A stretch of DNA of 64,000 nucleotides from Cyanidioschyzon merolae (lineage: Eukaryota). Both the position numbers and the translations under genes were made by a program. Location of the stretch: assembly GCA_000091205.1 (NCBI GenBank), contig AP006491.2; one strand, 5' to 3'. The notes under the pieces are model-generated. The model was not told the origin of the DNA. It saw nothing but the letters and a program-made list of their open reading frames with translations, and searched no databases. The number at the start of each line of letters is the position of its first letter. The first letter of the stretch is position 1. Below, one piece after another: positions 51,123 through 62,600 of this stretch.

Positions 51123-52280
51123 TCTACGTGGCACTGAAACAAGCGTCTGCGCAGAAACTGGAGGAGCGGCGCTTTGCTGCTCGCGTAGATCGCAGTCGTC
51201 GCCCCTGAAGGGGCGCAGCGGCCGCGGCGCGGACCCCGCCCAGCGACTGCCAGTGCCGCACCCATGCCGAAGCGACAGCTGCTGGCGCTCGGTTGCACGG
51301 CGCCCTGGACCGGCAACTGCGTGCGCGCATGGCATTGCGTGACAGTCACGAAGTTCCGCAATTGCCGCGGGTACCCGCAACTGTTTCCGTTTGCGTGCGA
51401 GCACGTTTCCACGCAGACCAGCGATCCGCGGTTGTGCGACGGGTATCAGCGCGCAGTGAAGCATCCGTCGTGCCACCAACATCCAAGCACCATCGACCGT
51501 ACGTGATCTCGGGAGGCGCTGTTGCCTAGCCTCGCAGTTTCTCGGCCGTGTCCGAATACTATAGAACGAGTCCAGTTTTGCTAACTCGGGCGTCAACATG
51601 AGAATTTCGTGACGCTTCGCACTCTCGAGAGTACGAACGTTTGCGGGATTCTGATACGACTGCTTCCTTTGCCCCTCTATTATTCGAGGCTGTCGATGCG
51701 TCTGTCTCTGCTTTCCCTCCAGTCCCGTTATCACCACCTGAACGATAGGCATGACAGCGTTCACGTTCCGTCGTCGCTGCGTTCGGCTGTTTTCTAAGCA
51801 TTTCATGCACAGAAGAAAGTTGATGTCTACGCTTCAAGTGCGATTTTCACCTTATTTGGGTTCGGCCTCGTCGCGTCCTTCGCAGAAGGTAGACCTGGGT
51901 GCGGTCAGATATTCGCATTCGGTCGTCGAACGCTGCTCGTCCAAGGGTCGCCCTGCGCCACGTGAACGCTCACTTCACTTGAAGCGATCGCAGCGATGAC
52001 TCGAGTCCGAGCCGAGGACGTTTTCCATAAAAACGCAACTGACGGGAGCCTCGGGGAGCATACCTCATGAGCGTGCAATCATAGTGCTGGTGTCGCGTGC
52101 AGCTTCGTCGATGGCAAAAAGACAGCTAGATCCATCTTTGAAACGTAGTCGATTATTTCACAAGTTCAGAGAACTTTTGGGCATAAGCTTGTGATCGAGT
52201 CGTTAGAAAAACGACGTCGCGTTTCCTTCGTCGTCGGTCCAGCGGCGCGAATTGCTGCGCGTGTCAGTTGTGTTGAGAAG

Positions 52281-52585
52281 GTAAGATCCAAAAATTGAAG
52301 GATGCGTTGGTTTAGCATGCTATTCCTGAGGAAAGGAGATGATTGTAGGATTGTACGTGCGCATTGCAATCCAATATGTGTTGTTTTACGTACCCTTATT
52401 CGACGGCGCCGCAAATCAAATTGATTCCGATGACGTAACGGATCCATGGTGTACTGAGTCGAAGGGGCAACTCAGAAAACACGACCGAGACTCCTGAAAC
52501 CACTCATAGATTTGCAACTTGTTATCGCCGTATCTGGAATGTCCAAAATGTATATCTGAAAAATTCGAAACAAATCGCTGTGCAG
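52281..52585 (+). repeat. Member (305 nt) of the GTAAG...CAG-bounded intron-like element family (introner-like candidate)
   Basis: Begins GTAAGATCC and ends AAATCGCTGTGCAG. It is homologous to 24271-24584 and 1252-1396. Removing it joins a 44-codon open frame (52149-52280) in frame to ORF 52580..53119. Confidence 0.45.
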
Positions 52586-54201
52586 GAACAAATCGACGAG
52601 TACAGTGTTCCATTTGAGCATCGACGGTTCGTAGAGCAGGCGCTTATGCGGCAACCGACGCGGTGTGCAACGCTTGTCGCAGCGAGAAGCCGCTCGCCCA
52701 TACGGGGCGTGCTCCGGTGCCGCACCAACGCGTCCGTGCCAACGGACAGGCCACAGTCCCACTGGGCTTTCCGCTCCAAAGTCGCAGCGTGCGTGGCTAG
52801 TGTCGAACGCTCTCCGAGGCGCATCCGGGGCAGTCAGAGCTGGCAATCGGGTGTGCTGCGACATTTTCGTATCGCTTGCCGCTGGGTTATCGCAAGCGCC
52901 TCGCGGTGTCAAAGACATGTGCGTACTGCGCACTGCATGCCTGAGGAGCGCGCAACCCCTGCCAGCCTGGACCTAGTGGTTGCATTCCGTATTGGCCGAG
53001 GCTCTGTTCGCGAGAGCAAAGCACGTGTGCGCCCATGGCTCGATAACCTATTGCTTTTCACACTATTGCATTCCGTGAGAGCCGTGTTCGAAATGGTTGT
53101 GGATAGAAGTTCTTGCTGAACGCGTCCAGAACTTCGCTGCGAACAGAGACTCATTTTATCCAAAGGCGGGCATGCAGTGTACTTTTGGCGCCGATGAAGA
53201 CCCCACACACATGCCACGAATGAAAAAGGTCACTGAGCGTAAACAAAAATCGTCACTTGTTTCCATTCACGATCAAGACTCGGAGGGCGTCGCCATCTGG
53301 ACAGCCCAGTTTGGTGCATCGGAGAAACGCTTCAGCATTCGTCCCGTCTACCAGCTCGGGGCGTTGTCCAGTCTCGAAACCAAATCCATGAACAACGATG
53401 GCGTTGCTGAGCGCTCACGAGACAATATCCGGAGGCGCCATTGACGTCCCATGGAGCAGCGCGCGCATTACCTGGAGTGTGCGGCAGCGCATTGAGTGGT
53501 GCGCACGTCTTCGAGCAACTGGCTCGGCCAAAGCATGTTTCTTGATCGGCGGCGTCGGCGTCGATAAGCTGTCTGCCGCTGCCCGCGGCGATATATCGCG
53601 AAACCCGAATGGAGCTCAGAGCGCTGCCTCTCGCATTACAGTACAGACGACCGAAGCACATCGGGCACAGGTCGAGCACATCCCCAAGCGATGAAGCATC
53701 GCGTCCTCCATCGTCGAGAACGCGTCGGAATAACCCTCAAACCAGAACTCGGATCCACGCTCACGAGAATCCAATCGATCGCGCTGGACTTGTGGTCTGC
53801 GAAGTAGTACCTGCAGTCGCTCACCGTGAATAACTCCAATGCACCATTTGGATGTCATGACAATACAGTCCAAAAAGAACATGTGCTGCATCGGTCCATA
53901 CGCTAGCGCGATCAGCCTGGGTGCCTCACTCAGGTCGATGAGATGGAATGACCGATGCGTAGCACATGTATGGGCATCCACGAAAGCTCGCTCCATATCA
54001 GTGAGAACACTGGATCCCAGAAAATGAACGCGATGATCAGTCGGCGGTAGCGCAGTTCCCGGCAAGCACAGCGCCACGATGCGTAGCGATCGCGTTGCCC
54101 CACCAGGAACGGAACCCTGAGACCTGCCAGGAGGCGCGAGTAGAACACCTTTCGTTTAGACCTAAGACTGCCTGGCGCAGCGTTCACAACCGAACGCGCT
54201 T

Positions 54202-55995
54202 CTAGATGTTGATGTTGAACGACACACCAAGGTTCCCGGGCCCGACTCCGCTCGTGAACCCGTTCGGGCCCAGCAGACCCGCCTGCTCATCGGGTACCAT
54301 GCTCAGCTGGACCTGCGTCCGGCCCTGCTGATGCAGCAGCGACATGTTCACATTCGTATCCGGAGGCCGGTACGCCAGCCCAATGTTCCAGTTGCCGAGC
54401 GCACCACCATACTGCTGCTGCTGAACCGCCTGCAGCTGCGCCTGCTGCAGCTGCATGTACTGCATTGCCTGACGCTGCTGCTCAGCCGCCTGGATCTGCA
54501 CGTGAATAAGCTGCTTCCGCCGTGCAGAGATCTCCGCCATGGTCTGCTGCAGGTCGCTACGCTCATTCGCATAGGACCAGTCGGATCCGGGCCGCACGCT
54601 CTCCTCCGCCTCGCGCTGGAAAAGCGCATCCGCTGTGTAGAACGCAAAGTCGCCAGGAATCTCCTCAGATGAAGACGCAGTCTTAAAGTGCTGCAGCGCG
54701 TTCTCCCGAACTATCTGCAGCTGCTTCAGGAACAGCGACTGCAACGACGCATCGAGCACAGTCTCGAGCTCCGCCAGTTTCCGCTCGCGCACTTCAGTTC
54801 CCGCATACGCCTCCGTAGCCGATTCAAAGCCACTCAGGTACTTTTGCAGAAGCTCCTCCGCCCGGCGTCCAAAACCACTGATCTTCTCGCCCTCGTCCAG
54901 TTGACTCGCAAGCTCCCCGAGCTCCTCGGCGCTGTTCCGAAGCGCCTCGGAGAAAGCGGCATCGCAGTGATACGCTGCAGCCAGTGCCTCTGGCGTGAGC
55001 GCTTCCCCAGCGGCTCCTTCATCCGCCGCCGCCGCCGCCGCCGCCGTAGCGACACGCATGGCCAGCGGCTTCGCAGCACGCATCGCCCCAGCGGGCTGTG
55101 CACGAATGCCCTCCCAGAGGCGTCGACTGAAGGCACCGAATCCATCCGCAGGCAGACCCTTGCTGTATTGCGAGGACAGCAGGCCGCCATCGCCACTGCC
55201 ACTGCCACTGCCGTCTAGGAGGTCCCGCCGCAGACGCTGCACAGCGGCGTCGTAGGCTGAACGCGACGTGCGCGGCGACGGCAGCAGAGCTACGCGCAGC
55301 TCGAGGGCAGCGCGCAGCGCCTCCACCGAGTGACTCGCTGCTGTCGGTGCTGATGCTGCTCCGTCGCCGATTTCGCGCTGCCAGTGCTCCTCGGCGTCCA
55401 GCCAGAGAGACTCCGCGATCAACGATGCAGTGCTCTCGGTGGTATCCGCGTCCGCGCCCGTATCCGCGTCTGCGTCGCGCACCACGAACACAACGCAGGT
55501 GCGCAGGAGAGGGCCCTCCGCGTGAGCCAACTCGCGCACGATCGTGCTCAAGTACCACTGTGGGTCTGCGTCGTAGCGTCCCAGGTCGTGGTACCAGACG
55601 TTGCACAGAACAACATCGGACACACTGGACACGTAGCGGAGGCAGCGCTCCTGCAGCTGCTGCCCCGTCGCACCTCCGTCCCCGCCGTCGATCTCCAGCA
55701 CCAGAAGCGTCTCCTGGTTTGCTGCCAGTGCTGCAGAGACGCCGCGGGTCTTCCAGCGCCGACGCTCAGTCGCCCGCGCGTGCGACACCGCGAAACGCGT
55801 CCCGAAAATGTCATTCAAGAGACTCGACTTGCCTGATAGCGGGCTCCCGATGCACCCGACGACACGATAGCATTCAGCGCCGACATCGAGCTCGCTTGGG
55901 AACCAGGGCGTGCGCTCCAGCATCACGCCATGTTCATCAATGATCTGCAGCACGCCCGCTGGCGCACTGGCAGATTGCGCTGTTCCGTTGCTCAT
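54202..55995 (-). CDS. RHD3/Sey1-family dynamin-like GTPase domain protein (a short form without the C-terminal TM hairpins)
   Basis: P-loop GCIGSPLSGKSSLLNDIFGTRF, then LLVLEIDGGDGG...VVLCNVWYHDLGRY, resembling the RHD3/Sey1 GTPase domain. An ATG at 55993-55995. The C-terminus is Gln/Ala-rich with no predicted TM. Confidence 0.6.
   Translation of the reverse strand: MSNGTAQSASAPAGVLQIIDEHGVMLERTPWFPSELDVGAECYRVVGCIGSPLSGKSSLLNDIFGTRFAVSHARATERRRWKTRGVSAALAANQETLLVLEIDGGDGGATGQQLQERCLRYVSSVSDVVLCNVWYHDLGRYDADPQWYLSTIVRELAHAEGPLLRTCVVFVVRDADADTGADADTTESTASLIAESLWLDAEEHWQREIGDGAASAPTAASHSVEALRAALELRVALLPSPRTSRSAYDAAVQRLRRDLLDGSGSGSGDGGLLSSQYSKGLPADGFGAFSRRLWEGIRAQPAGAMRAAKPLAMRVATAAAAAAADEGAAGEALTPEALAAAYHCDAAFSEALRNSAEELGELASQLDEGEKISGFGRRAEELLQKYLSGFESATEAYAGTEVRERKLAELETVLDASLQSLFLKQLQIVRENALQHFKTASSSEEIPGDFAFYTADALFQREAEESVRPGSDWSYANERSDLQQTMAEISARRKQLIHVQIQAAEQQRQAMQYMQLQQAQLQAVQQQQYGGALGNWNIGLAYRPPDTNVNMSLLHQQGRTQVQLSMVPDEQAGLLGPNGFTSGVGPGNLGVSFNINI
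55023..55043. repeat. (CCG)7 trinucleotide repeat, inside the RHD3-like CDS where it encodes poly-Ala on the minus strand
   Basis: Read directly. Confidence 0.85.
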
Positions 55996-57596
55996 GGGCA
56001 GTGTTCAATGCTTCGCTGAAGGCACCTGGTGTCCCCACAGTTCAGCTCTGTACCGTATGAGGCTTTGTAAAGACTTGACTCCGATCCACTGTAAAGTGTA
56101 TTCGGTTGGGTTCCGGGCGCAGCACTGCGTGGAACGCCGTCCGCGTTTCCAGCTGTGTACGCGTGTCTAGCTACAAGAGCGCTGCTCGCCACGGTAGTGA
56201 CTCCGGTTAGGCGCGAGGTGACAGCACGTGCGCACGTTTGGTATTATTTGGGCAGAGTTCCCGTCAGCAGGCTGCTGTGCCTTTAGGGCTGGGCCTTCTG
56301 GCTGCGCTGCACACCCAACAGGAAGCTGAACTGCCGCAGTGCGCTCGAGTACGCCTAGGTCGTTGCGGTGCGCGCCGGCGTGTGCTGCTCGCGCTCAGGG
56401 TAGTTGCCGTAGACCGCGCTGGAAACCAACTAGGCACGCGCCTCGCCGTCCTTCTACTCGCAGGGGCCTCCTACCGCACTGCGCTTCTCGCTCGCGCTGC
56501 AGACTCGGGTAGGCTTCCGCGGCGCCGTGCTCAGGATGCGCACAGGCTATGAAACCTTGGTGCCTGAGAGCACGAACCTGTCTCCAGATGCGGTTGGGGC
56601 TCACCGGCTCAACGCGCTGGTGCTTTCCTCTCTTGTGGGTGCGCGCACGCGTAACTGGTCAATAGTGCTCGCAAGGCGTGTTGGTATGCAGCCCCTTCAA
56701 ACTCCCCGTTTCACCAGGCAGAGACTCGGACTCGCTCACGCGTTTATGATCTGCGTACCACGGGCAAAGCGTCGAGTTGCACGCGCACCTAGCGCTCGAA
56801 GCTATCTATAAGAAAAGAATGTTCACGACACGGCGCGACGCTAACGGCGACGTCCTGCAGCCTGGATTCGTCTGCGCGCAGCCAGCGGTCATTTGGCGAC
56901 GGCGGGGCGGGCGACGCGGCGGCTGCGCGCTGGTGCAGCGCCCTGCTGGTGTCCGTATTGTCGCAGAGCGCAATCGCCGCACCAGCGCAAGGCGCGCGCA
57001 TCCCAGCGGCAGTGCACGCCATCACTCAGGCAGGCAACCTGGCGCATCGTGCAGCGCACCCAGCGGCAGCGCACGTCTGTTGCCCATCCAGCTCGCTGAG
57101 CCTGGGAACGGCCAGGCCGCACGCCGGACGCTTCGGGCGCGCGCCTCTCGCGATTCGCACGAGCGTTCCGTTTCGACGCGAGACGTCGACACTCGCGTCA
57201 GCACACGGTGAATTCCGCGTACTGGACAGCATAAGGAGACGCTCGCTCTCGCTTGCTGGAGCCGTGTGCAGCGCACAAGTTGCGCAGCAGAAGAGCTGCC
57301 TTGTACAGACCGAGACAGTATCCGACACGTCGAGCAAGCCACAGAGCTGTCGGAAATACACAACGAGGAAGCAGTGTCGCGAGCTGTTATAGCGCTACAC
57401 CTGACACGTCGAGCCTTGGGGGTGCTACGACCTGCACGAGGGCAACGACGGCGCACGGCATAACAAGCACGGGTAGACGCGTGCTGGGCACGTTCGGCTT
57501 GCTGCGACGCTGGTAGGAACCGAACGGGGTGCTCGTACTCGCACCGCTCGCCACTCAGGGTCGCGATCGACACGAGAAGCGCCCACAGGGGAAACG

Positions 57597-58850
57597 ATGG
57601 CACCACGAGCGCTGGACGCATCGTCGGTGATCTCGGAACCGCTGACACCGCCGCTGACGGGCCGCGCCGCACGAGACCGGGACGCGCTCTTTGGAGCAAG
57701 CGCGGGCACTGCGCCTAACCCTGCGCCTGTGTCGAGGCGCAAGCAACCAGTCGCTGGTGCGGAGAAGCGCCCGCGGCCCGGCCGACCGTTGAACGGAGCC
57801 GCTGATGCGGCCGTTCGCGGGCTGGAAGTCGCAGGGGAAGCGGCTCCACCTTCCACATTCGCAGCAAGCACCAGTGCGCCGGACGCCGAGCTGTTGCAGA
57901 GCCGCCAAACTCAGGTTGAGCAGCTGCGGCGCCAGGCTACGGACGCTGCGCTGCGGGGGCGTCAGTCATCGCGCCGGGCGCTGCAGCTTGCACGAGAGGC
58001 GCGAGCGATAGGCGTCGACGTTACCATGAGGCTGGGCGAGCAGGACGAACAGCTGGATCGCGTGCAAAACGATCTGGACGAGATTCACGGCCACCTGACG
58101 CACAGCGACGAAATCATTCACGACATGCAGAGTTTCTGGAAGAAGATGTGGCCTTGGGCGCGCGATCGGAATCGGCGGCACGAGCGCTACGCCCCGGTGC
58201 TGGGGGCAGACGGGCCCTCGACGTCAGCGACGCGGCACGAGATTGCATGCCTGCAGCGCCAGCGCGAGGCGGGGACACTGAACCTGCGGGAACGGCCGCC
58301 AGCTGCTTGCTCGTCTGAGCGTTCGGCGGATGAAGCGCGAGCAGCTGACGATGCGCAGGTCGGGTCATCGCCAGGGTCGGTACCGGCGCACGCGCTTCTA
58401 CAGGACGCGGTGGATGGCGAGGCGGCGTCGCTCGATGGCGACAGCGAGCGTCGGCGGGGTCTGCTCTCGTCGCTGCGGCGCGTAACGCGGCGGGTACGCG
58501 GCGTCGACGAGCCCGAGGACCGTGTGCGGCGCGAGCGGGCTGCGCTGCTCGCAGAGGGTACCGCTCCGACGGCTGCTGCTGGTGCTGCGGCAGCGTCGCC
58601 TGCGGACGCAACCGAATGCGCGGATGCGTCTGCGCAGGCCTCGGCGGCGCCGTGGGAAGAGCACGTTCAGGCACAGGATCGGGACCTCGACGAGCTGAGC
58701 GTTGTGGTGTCGGACCTGCGGACGCTTGCAGTTGGCATCGGAGAGCAGGTGCGCCACCAGAGCACCAAGATCGACGTGATTTCGAAGGACGTGGACTATG
58801 GGCGCGAGCGCATCCACGAGAATAACCGTCGCATTCGACGCATGCTCTAG
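57597..58850 (+). CDS. SNAP-25-like Qbc-SNARE with two SNARE motifs
   Basis: A Qb-like motif (RRALQLAREARAIGVDVTMRLGEQDEQLDRVQNDLDEIHGHLTHSDEIIHDMQ) and a C-terminal Qc-like motif (DRDLDELSVVVSDLRTLAVGIGEQVRHQSTKIDVISKDVDYGRERIHENNRRIRRML), separated by an Ala/Arg-rich linker. An ATG at 57597. Confidence 0.6.
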   Translation: MAPRALDASSVISEPLTPPLTGRAARDRDALFGASAGTAPNPAPVSRRKQPVAGAEKRPRPGRPLNGAADAAVRGLEVAGEAAPPSTFAASTSAPDAELLQSRQTQVEQLRRQATDAALRGRQSSRRALQLAREARAIGVDVTMRLGEQDEQLDRVQNDLDEIHGHLTHSDEIIHDMQSFWKKMWPWARDRNRRHERYAPVLGADGPSTSATRHEIACLQRQREAGTLNLRERPPAACSSERSADEARAADDAQVGSSPGSVPAHALLQDAVDGEAASLDGDSERRRGLLSSLRRVTRRVRGVDEPEDRVRRERAALLAEGTAPTAAAGAAAASPADATECADASAQASAAPWEEHVQAQDRDLDELSVVVSDLRTLAVGIGEQVRHQSTKIDVISKDVDYGRERIHENNRRIRRML

Positions 58851-59608
58851 AGCTACGGGTGTGGCGGCAGCGAATGCCGCCGCCGCCGCCTGGACGCACG
58901 CACGCATGCAGGTGTCTGTTCGTGTGCGCGGTGCGTGCGATCGAGGCCTGTATGTGAGGCCGGCGAGCGCTGCTGTTGTGTTTGGCGGGAAGCGCGAAGC
59001 GCTGCATGCGCGCAGCGCCTCATCGATCTCATCGAACGATGGACAGGCGCGCTTGCGCACTGTACGCCAATGCGGGAGATGGAGGATGAGCGGTGAGGCC
59101 AGGGGCGCCTCGGTGTCTTCGGGGTGCGTCTGGGGTGCAGAGCTGCGAGGCAAGCGGCTGGCGCGTCCAACGCGAGATCGTTGTGTGTCAGTGTCGGGCG
59201 TTTCGTGGCGTGACTTGGCGGTGCTTCAGGGAGTTATCCACGTGCGAGGTATCCGTTGTCGATCGGCGGAGGACGCTGGTTCTGGTTCGCGCTTCTCTCT
59301 GTGCAATACGCCGATGAATCCGAGGTGTCTGCACCGGGATACAACCAGTGCCTGCAACATCCACGAATACGAATACATCGCTCGCGACGCCTGTCGTCGT
59401 CAACAAGCACTCGAGCCACTGCCTGTATCCACTGCGGACATCATCGTCAATCGCCTGCGATGGGCACGTTCACGTTGCGTGAAAGCGCACCCGAGGTTGT
59501 ACAGCGCTCGCGACTGCGCATGCCAGTGGTAAGCGCAAGCACTCATTGGTGATCACGACCAGGCCTGGTCTCGTCGGTTCCCTTCTTCGGCATTCGTTTC
59601 TTTACCAT

Positions 59609-62600
59609 TCAGGAGAGATCAAACGAATTTTGTCCTTCTCGTATCGTATACAGTAAACGATCCAAAAGTATCTCGAAAGAGCTATATTCGGGTAGCTTGA
59701 CGTAGTTGGTGCAGGTCATGACCGTGGGCAGACACTCGTCCGGCGTCAGGCCTGCTTCGGGGGTACGTTTCACCACAGTCATTGGTGGCAGGAGGGCGTG
59801 GAATCCACCCATTGGCAGACGCGGTGAACCAGTGGCGAAGAGCAGGAAATGACGACGGTCGTCCTCGTTGAGGCTGCACAAAGCACGTACAAAGTTCCGT
59901 GCCGCCACATTTTCGCTCGTATATCCGTGGTCGAAACGCAGCGCAGACAGCAGCTCCTGTTCCGTCCACGGATGCAAGTCGGGTCCACAGAGCACCACAT
60001 TGACTTCTTCGTTCGGGTTGAAGATACCCAACAGCGCCCAAATCGAGCAGATGCTCTGGAACCCTTCGAGAAACGCGTAAGCTGGTCGTGCCGCACAATC
60101 AAAGAGCACGTGCTCTTTGACTTGTCTAACGTAGTCTGCAAGATTATCCTTCGACACCGTCATAGAGCGTCCCCGAGGCCGCATTTCAATATGCGGTTGC
60201 CCAGGCAACGTCCAGTCGAGGCAGAGCGCGGCGATATCGCATGCATCGGCGTCGCGCATGCATGCAATCGAGTGCAGGGAGCGTGCGAGTTCCGCATCCA
60301 CTTCTCCGAGTCGGCGGAGCGAAAAATCGAGGCGCTTCTTTGCGGCTCGGAATATAGCTCTATGCCCGTTCAGTCCTTCAGAAACGAGGAACCGCGCCTC
60401 TGCTAGCGCCCGCACCAACCGCCAAAACGCTGGGGAGAAGCGCAAATCCAAAAGGCGCCCGTCTAAGAACGCCTTGGCACAAAAGCGACCAATGAACTGG
60501 AAACGCTGCAGGCGCTCCTGGACGGGGGCTCCGCGCTCTCTGGGACCGATCGGTGCGGGATATAGGCCAGCGCCCGCGGAGACAACATAGCAAAGTCGCT
60601 CACGCAGCTCAGGTGGAAGCGCCTTGCCCGAACGGAGCAAGCGCTCCCTTTCGGCGGCCTTCGACGAGTCCTCCCACCAGAGTTTCAGATCCACGCGCTG
60701 CAGCTCCCGGGAGACCATGGAATAGAATTCTAGCGTTGGACCCAAACCCGTTCCTGCTTCATTAAAGTATTCAACTTCAATTAGCGCTTTCTGGTCGGCA
60801 AAGTTCTCCATAATCAGTTCGGCAGACTCGAGCAGACGTGCCCGGTGCACACGCACTTTCTGGCGCTGAATACGCCCGATACGGGCCTCTTGCTCAGCAC
60901 CCGATGTGTGCGCTCCCAGGTCCGAGCGGCCCGTCGATGAACTCGCAGTGGCATGCTGCTGCCGTTGCGTGTCAGCACGCGTCTGCACCGCGCTCAACGC
61001 TCGAGCAATCCCAAAGCTGGATACTTGCACGAGCAGCCGTCGCGTCTGCAGCGAGAACAGCCCCGGACAGACACGCGGTACAATGAAACACCATGGCGGG
61101 AGCGCGGCTGCTGCTACCGCCAGTGGATCACTAAGCTGGGCGCCCAGCTTGTTCTCTAAGCTGGACGAGGCGAAAATATCTGCTTCTGGCACGAGCGGGT
61201 CATCGGCAGGCGGCCAGTGCACATTGTGGCTCCAGGCGGCGTCCAAGGTCGAACCGCTCTGGGTACGCGAAGCCTGGATCCAGGCGTGCAGTTCGGCATG
61301 GTGGTTATTCATCCAGTACAGCTTACCTAGGAGTGAGAGATACGAGCTCACATCCTGCGCTACGGTAACCTCATTCAAATGAAAGCTCCGTGGTACTTGG
61401 AACTGTAATTCTGCCACTTGGACGAGCTCGAATTCCGCAAAAGGCCCCTCAAACTGGTGCCCGCCAGGCTTACCGTCTCCGTTGGAGATTGGCTGGCTCG
61501 AGACCTGCCCCATTCGTGATGACTGGCAATCTGCATACGTGAGTGCATGGGTTTCGGACCAGAGACGAGGGCCCAGTGCTTGTCCCCCGAGTGTGGTTAC
61601 GAGCGCGTGCAAGATTGTCTCCTGCGGAAGTAGCGTGTGTCCTCGAATACATAGAGAGAGTCTGGCTCGCCGGCGTTCCCCGTCGCGCTTCAGCCTGATG
61701 CCTCTCGAACGACGACCGCGGTCGATTTCCGAGCTAGGACATGGTGCGCCTGCACAGCGCCCAGCTCGTGCTGCATACGTTTCTGAAGCTGAGCGCCTCG
61801 AGTCGCGCCCGCTGTGCTCCTGTTCGCGCACAGGGCTCCCAGTCCCAGATACCTCGTCCGAGAATTCAATATCTACCGCCGGTAATGAACCGGAGAGGTT
61901 TGGATTTTCCAGACCATGCTCCGGACCAAGTTCATCAAAAGTCTCACCGAGATCGGAAAACTCGTCTGAGTCCTCCTCAGAGCCTGATGCGGTTTCTTCG
62001 GCTGCAGCTAATGCCGTTTCACCTGCGAGCGACGGGCGGGAACCAGCCTGTCGGCGACGGGTGCGATGCTCACCGGGTTCGTCCGACTCGACGGAGCCGC
62101 TCAACGCATCCTCATCAAAGAAGATCGCATGCTCGTCGTCGCTGGTGTCCGCTGTGGACTCCGTTGCGACCTCGAACGCTCCACTATCGTCGGAGCCATT
62201 TTCATCAGTTCCGGTCTCGAATACGGGTTCATCGCTTAGCTCATTGAGTTCCGCAGCGTCGCCTGTTACGCGTTCGTACAAAAACTCCTCAATAGTCTGC
62301 GCGGATGCGAGAGGCTCCACGAGCACCAAACTAGCCGGAAAGTCACGTAGCCGCGAGCCACTGCATCCACCTCCGCGCTGGAGCTGCAAGCGGAAAGGCT
62401 GCGATAGTAGACGTATGCCCGCAGATACGCTTCCATTTGCTGCCATATTCCGGACAACCTGGAAGCGCTCCGTATTCGTGAAAATCGCCACCAAACTGCG
62501 CACCAGACGACGCAACGCCCCAGGGGCTCTTATCGCAGCAACCAGGAGGTGACTGTATCGCGTTGCAAGCTCAGACGCAGCGCCCGGCTGAACGGAAAGG

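Noticed and set aside
56200-57600. Cluster of overlapping 60-225-aa ORFs on both strands (for example 57022..57699 minus)
   Set aside because: Very GC-rich sequence with mutually overlapping frames and Arg/Ala-rich translations. No recognisable motifs.
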